From: Escherichia coli
GTDB taxonomy: Bacteria; Pseudomonadota; Gammaproteobacteria; Enterobacterales; Enterobacteriaceae
Direction: 5' to 3' (one strand)
DNA length: 64,000 nt
NCBI RefSeq assembly: GCF_003018255.1
Contig: NZ_CP027440.1
The notes below the pieces were generated by a model that was not told where the DNA came from, searched no databases, and worked only from the letters and a program-made list of their open reading frames with translations. Positions 60,958 to 64,000 of this stretch are shown here, piece after piece. Every line of letters starts with the position of its first letter. Position 1 is the stretch's first letter. The translations under genes were made by a program, and so were the position numbers.

Positions 60958-61590
60958 TTATTCGCCGTCCTGCGTTTCTTCTACAGGCTGCATCTCGCTA
61001 AACCAGGTATCCAGTTTCTGCCGCAGCTTGTCCACGCCTTGTTTCTTCAGCGAAGAAAACGTTTCAACCTGCACATCACCGTTAAACGCCAGCACCGCTT
61101 CACGCACCATATTCAATTGCGCTTTACGTGCGCCGCTTGCCAGTTTGTCCGCTTTGGTCAGCAGTACCAGCACGGCGATATTGCTGTCTACCGCCCACTC
61201 AATCATCTGCTGATCCAAATCTTTCAGCGGATGGCGAATATCCATTAGCACCACCAGACCTTGCAGGCTCTGACGTTTTTCGAGGTACTCGCCGAGCGCG
61301 CGCTGCCATTTGCGCTTCATCTCTTCCGGGACTTCCGCATAACCGTACCCAGGCAAGTCAACCAGACGCTTGCCGTCAGCCACTTCAAACAGGTTGATAA
61401 GCTGGGTGCGCCCCGGGGTTTTTGAGGTACGAGCCAGGCTTTTCTGGTTAGTCAGCGTGTTCAGCGCGCTGGATTTACCTGCGTTGGAACGGCCTGCAAA
61501 AGCCACTTCAATTCCGGTATCGGAAGGTAGGTGGCGAATATCAGGCGCACTCATCACAAAATGCGTCTGTTGATAATTCAAATTAGTCAA
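60958..61590 (-). CDS. yihA: Ribosome biogenesis GTPase EngB (YihA)
   Basis: GTPase motifs ([20 protein letters not shown]); start likely a TTG codon giving 210 aa; ORF track start at 61605 is a slightly longer alternative. Confidence 0.9.
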
Positions 61591-61860
61591 AGCGGTCGTC
61601 TCCATCAGTCAAAGCTTTGCGGCGATTATACCTGAACCATAATAAAAGGCGGATTTTTCGGCGTGAGCGTTGTAAGTAAAAGCCATATGCTTTGTGAGAC
61701 ATTGCCGATAGTCTTTATGCGAAATAGCAGAGAAAATTCTGCGACGTATGTCAAATAAGCTATATAAATCAGTGAATTGCTTTTATATAAAACTCTGAAA
61801 ATGTGCAAATACTGATGGCGGTTGATTGTTTATTTAAAGCAAAGGCGTAAAGTAGCACCC

Positions 61861-62103
61861 ATAGAGCGAGGACGCTAACAGGAACAATGACTCAGGATGA
61901 GGGTCAGGAGCGCCAGGAGGCGAAGACAGAGGATTGTCAGGAAGATAAACGTCCGGAGACGTAATTAAACGGAAATGGAATCAACACGGATTGTTCCGGC
62001 TAATGGAAAAACAGGGTGTGTTGGCGGCCTGCAAGGATTGTAAGACCCGTTAAGGGTTATGAGTCAGGAAAAAAGGCGACAGAGTAATCTGTCGCCTTTT
62101 TTC
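61861..62103 (+). ncRNA. csrC: CsrC small RNA (CsrA-sequestering)
   Basis: About 240 nt non-coding stretch between yihA and yihI with many GGA-containing motifs (aggacg, caggaa, aggatga, caggag, aggagg, aggatt, caggaa...) and terminal hairpin aggcgacagagtaatctgtcgcc followed by ttttttc; ends approximate. Confidence 0.8.
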
Positions 62104-62171
62104 TTTGCTTGCTTTCTGTTAGATTCCGCCGCAAATCTATACTGAATAAAACGGCTAAAAGACGAACCATT

Positions 62172-62681
62172 ATGAAACCATCATCTTCAAACTCACGCAG
62201 CAAAGGTCATGCAAAAGCGCGTCGAAAAACACGCGAGGAGCTGGATCAGGAAGCTCGTGACCGTAAGCGTCAGAAAAAACGTCGTGGTCATGCGCCGGGC
62301 AGCCGCGCAGCGGGCGGTAACACCACGTCAGGCAGCAAAGGCCAGAACGCACCGAAAGATCCACGTATTGGCAGTAAAACCCCTATTCCATTGGGCGTGA
62401 CTGAAAAAGTCACCAAACAGCACAAACCGAAGAGTGAGAAACCTATGCTTTCACCGCAGGCGGAGTTGGAGTTACTGGAAACGGATGAGCGTCTGGATGC
62501 GCTGCTGGAACGTCTGGAAGCAGGCGAAACCCTGAGCGCCGAAGAGCAATCCTGGGTGGATGCCAAACTGGATCGTATTGATGAGTTGATGCAGAAACTC
62601 GGCCTCTCTTATGACGATGACGAAGAAGAGGAAGAAGACGAGAAGCAAGAAGACATGATGCGTCTGCTGCGGGGCAACTAA
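62172..62681 (+). CDS. yihI: Der GTPase-activating protein YihI
   Basis: Start chosen at [19 protein letters not shown] (169 aa); basic N-terminus, acidic C-terminus; ORF track start at 62109 is an upstream extension. Confidence 0.88.
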   Translation: MKPSSSNSRSKGHAKARRKTREELDQEARDRKRQKKRRGHAPGSRAAGGNTTSGSKGQNAPKDPRIGSKTPIPLGVTEKVTKQHKPKSEKPMLSPQAELELLETDERLDALLERLEAGETLSAEEQSWVDAKLDRIDELMQKLGLSYDDDEEEEEDEKQEDMMRLLRGN

Positions 62682-62869
62682 CGGATTGCCGCCGTGGGCC
62701 TTCCCGTTCTGCTGATAACCCTTCCGGTTATATGTTATCTGGTGTGGTTATTCGTTAAACTACAGCGGTTGTCGCGGCGACAAAAGTGGCTGCGCAACCG
62801 GCTGATGACTCGAAACGGGCATCCGCCGGTACGCCGTAGCCGCCAGAGACGCCATCGGAAGGAGTGAGC

Positions 62870-64000
62870 ATGTCTGTACAGCAAATCGACTGGGATCTGG
62901 CCCTGATCCAGAAATATAACTATTCCGGGCCACGATACACCTCGTACCCGACCGCGCTGGAGTTTTCAGAAGACTTCGGCGAACAGGCGTTTTTACAAGC
63001 CGTGGCGCGCTATCCTGAGCGTCCATTATCTCTCTACGTACATATTCCGTTCTGCCATAAGCTTTGTTACTTCTGCGGTTGCAATAAGATAGTTACTCGC
63101 CAGCAGCACAAGGCCGATCAGTATCTGGACGCGCTGGAGCAAGAAATCGTCCATCGTGCACCGCTGTTCGCCGGGCGTCACGTCAGCCAATTGCACTGGG
63201 GCGGCGGAACGCCGACGTATCTGAATAAAGCGCAAATCAGCCGTCTGATGAAGCTGCTGCGCGAAAACTTCCAGTTCAATGCCGATGCGGAGATCTCGAT
63301 CGAAGTCGATCCGCGGGAAATCGAACTGGATGTACTCGATCATTTACGCGCCGAAGGCTTTAATCGCCTGAGCATGGGCGTGCAGGACTTCAACAAAGAA
63401 GTGCAACGTCTGGTTAACCGCGAGCAGGATGAAGAGTTCATCTTTGCACTGCTTAACCATGCGCGTGAGATTGGCTTTACCTCCACCAACATCGACCTGA
63501 TTTACGGCCTGCCGAAACAGACGCCGGAGAGTTTCGCCTTTACCCTGAAACGTGTGGCGGAGCTGAACCCCGATCGTCTGAGTGTCTTTAACTACGCGCA
63601 TCTGCCGACCATTTTTGCTGCTCAGCGCAAAATCAAAGATGCTGACCTGCCGAGTCCGCAGCAAAAACTCGATATCCTGCAGGAAACCATCGCCTTCCTG
63701 ACACAATCGGGCTATCAGTTTATCGGTATGGATCACTTTGCCCGTCCGGATGACGAGCTGGCGGTGGCCCAGCGTGAAGGCGTGCTGCATCGTAACTTCC
63801 AGGGCTACACCACTCAGGGCGATACCGATCTGCTGGGGATGGGCGTTTCCGCCATCAGCATGATTGGCGACTGCTACGCGCAGAACCAGAAAGAGTTGAA
63901 GCAGTACTATCAGCAAGTGGATGAACAAGGCAATGCGCTGTGGCGTGGTATTGCGCTAACGCGTGATGACTGTATTCGCCGCGATGTGATTAAGTCGCTC
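62870..64000 (+). CDS. hemN: Oxygen-independent coproporphyrinogen III oxidase HemN, 3' end truncated by window end
   Basis: ATG at 62870 with ggaaggag RBS; MSVQQIDWDLALIQKYNYSGPRYTSYPTA N-terminus; radical SAM CxxxCxxC motif (HIPFCHKLCYFCGCN); open to window end so absent from the ORF track. Confidence 0.92.
   Translation, partial: MSVQQIDWDLALIQKYNYSGPRYTSYPTALEFSEDFGEQAFLQAVARYPERPLSLYVHIPFCHKLCYFCGCNKIVTRQQHKADQYLDALEQEIVHRAPLFAGRHVSQLHWGGGTPTYLNKAQISRLMKLLRENFQFNADAEISIEVDPREIELDVLDHLRAEGFNRLSMGVQDFNKEVQRLVNREQDEEFIFALLNHAREIGFTSTNIDLIYGLPKQTPESFAFTLKRVAELNPDRLSVFNYAHLPTIFAAQRKIKDADLPSPQQKLDILQETIAFLTQSGYQFIGMDHFARPDDELAVAQREGVLHRNFQGYTTQGDTDLLGMGVSAISMIGDCYAQNQKELKQYYQQVDEQGNALWRGIALTRDDCIRRDVIKSL

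Noticed and set aside
63026-63928. Two minus-strand ORFs (105 and 194 aa) in the last kilobase
   Set aside because: Antisense to hemN, which is open to the window edge and carries the radical SAM CxxxCxxC motif; the track lists them only because the true gene lacks a stop within the window.

Overview
This window reads as Escherichia coli-type chromosomal backbone, syntenic with the K-12 uvrD-corA-rarD-pldA-recQ-rhtCB-pldB-metRE-udp-rmuC-ubiEJB-tatABCD-rfaH-ubiD-fre-fadBA-pepQ-trkH-hemG-rrnA-mobBA-dsbA-polA-spf-engB-csrC-yihI-hemN segment. All assignments come from reading the translations and recalling known protein families and gene order; no database search or computation was run. Against that backbone, four gene blocks appear to be non-K-12 insertions. 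(1) Between metE and ysgA (about 18.85-21.05 kb) sits an AT-rich three-gene module: an Hcp (T6SS tube protein) domain fused to an unassigned C-terminal extension of roughly 200 aa, followed by two tandem paralogous 85-86 aa genes that look like cognate immunity genes. No other T6SS gene is in the window, so this is the best candidate for an undescribed toxin/immunity system. (2) Between corA and rarD (5.2-6.6 kb) an AT-rich overlapping pair (282 aa cytoplasmic protein, then 165 aa protein with an N-terminal signal/anchor) occupies the position I recall as yigF/yigG in K-12. (3) Between udp and rmuC (22.9-28.4 kb) lies a six-gene minus-strand operon: IclR-family regulator, DgoK-like kinase, DgoA-like aldolase and a TctCBA tripartite transporter, with no dehydratase. 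(4) Between uvrD and yigE there is an extra gene for a DUF62 SAM-hydrolase-like protein carrying a signal peptide. No integrase, transposase, IS element or CRISPR array was seen.
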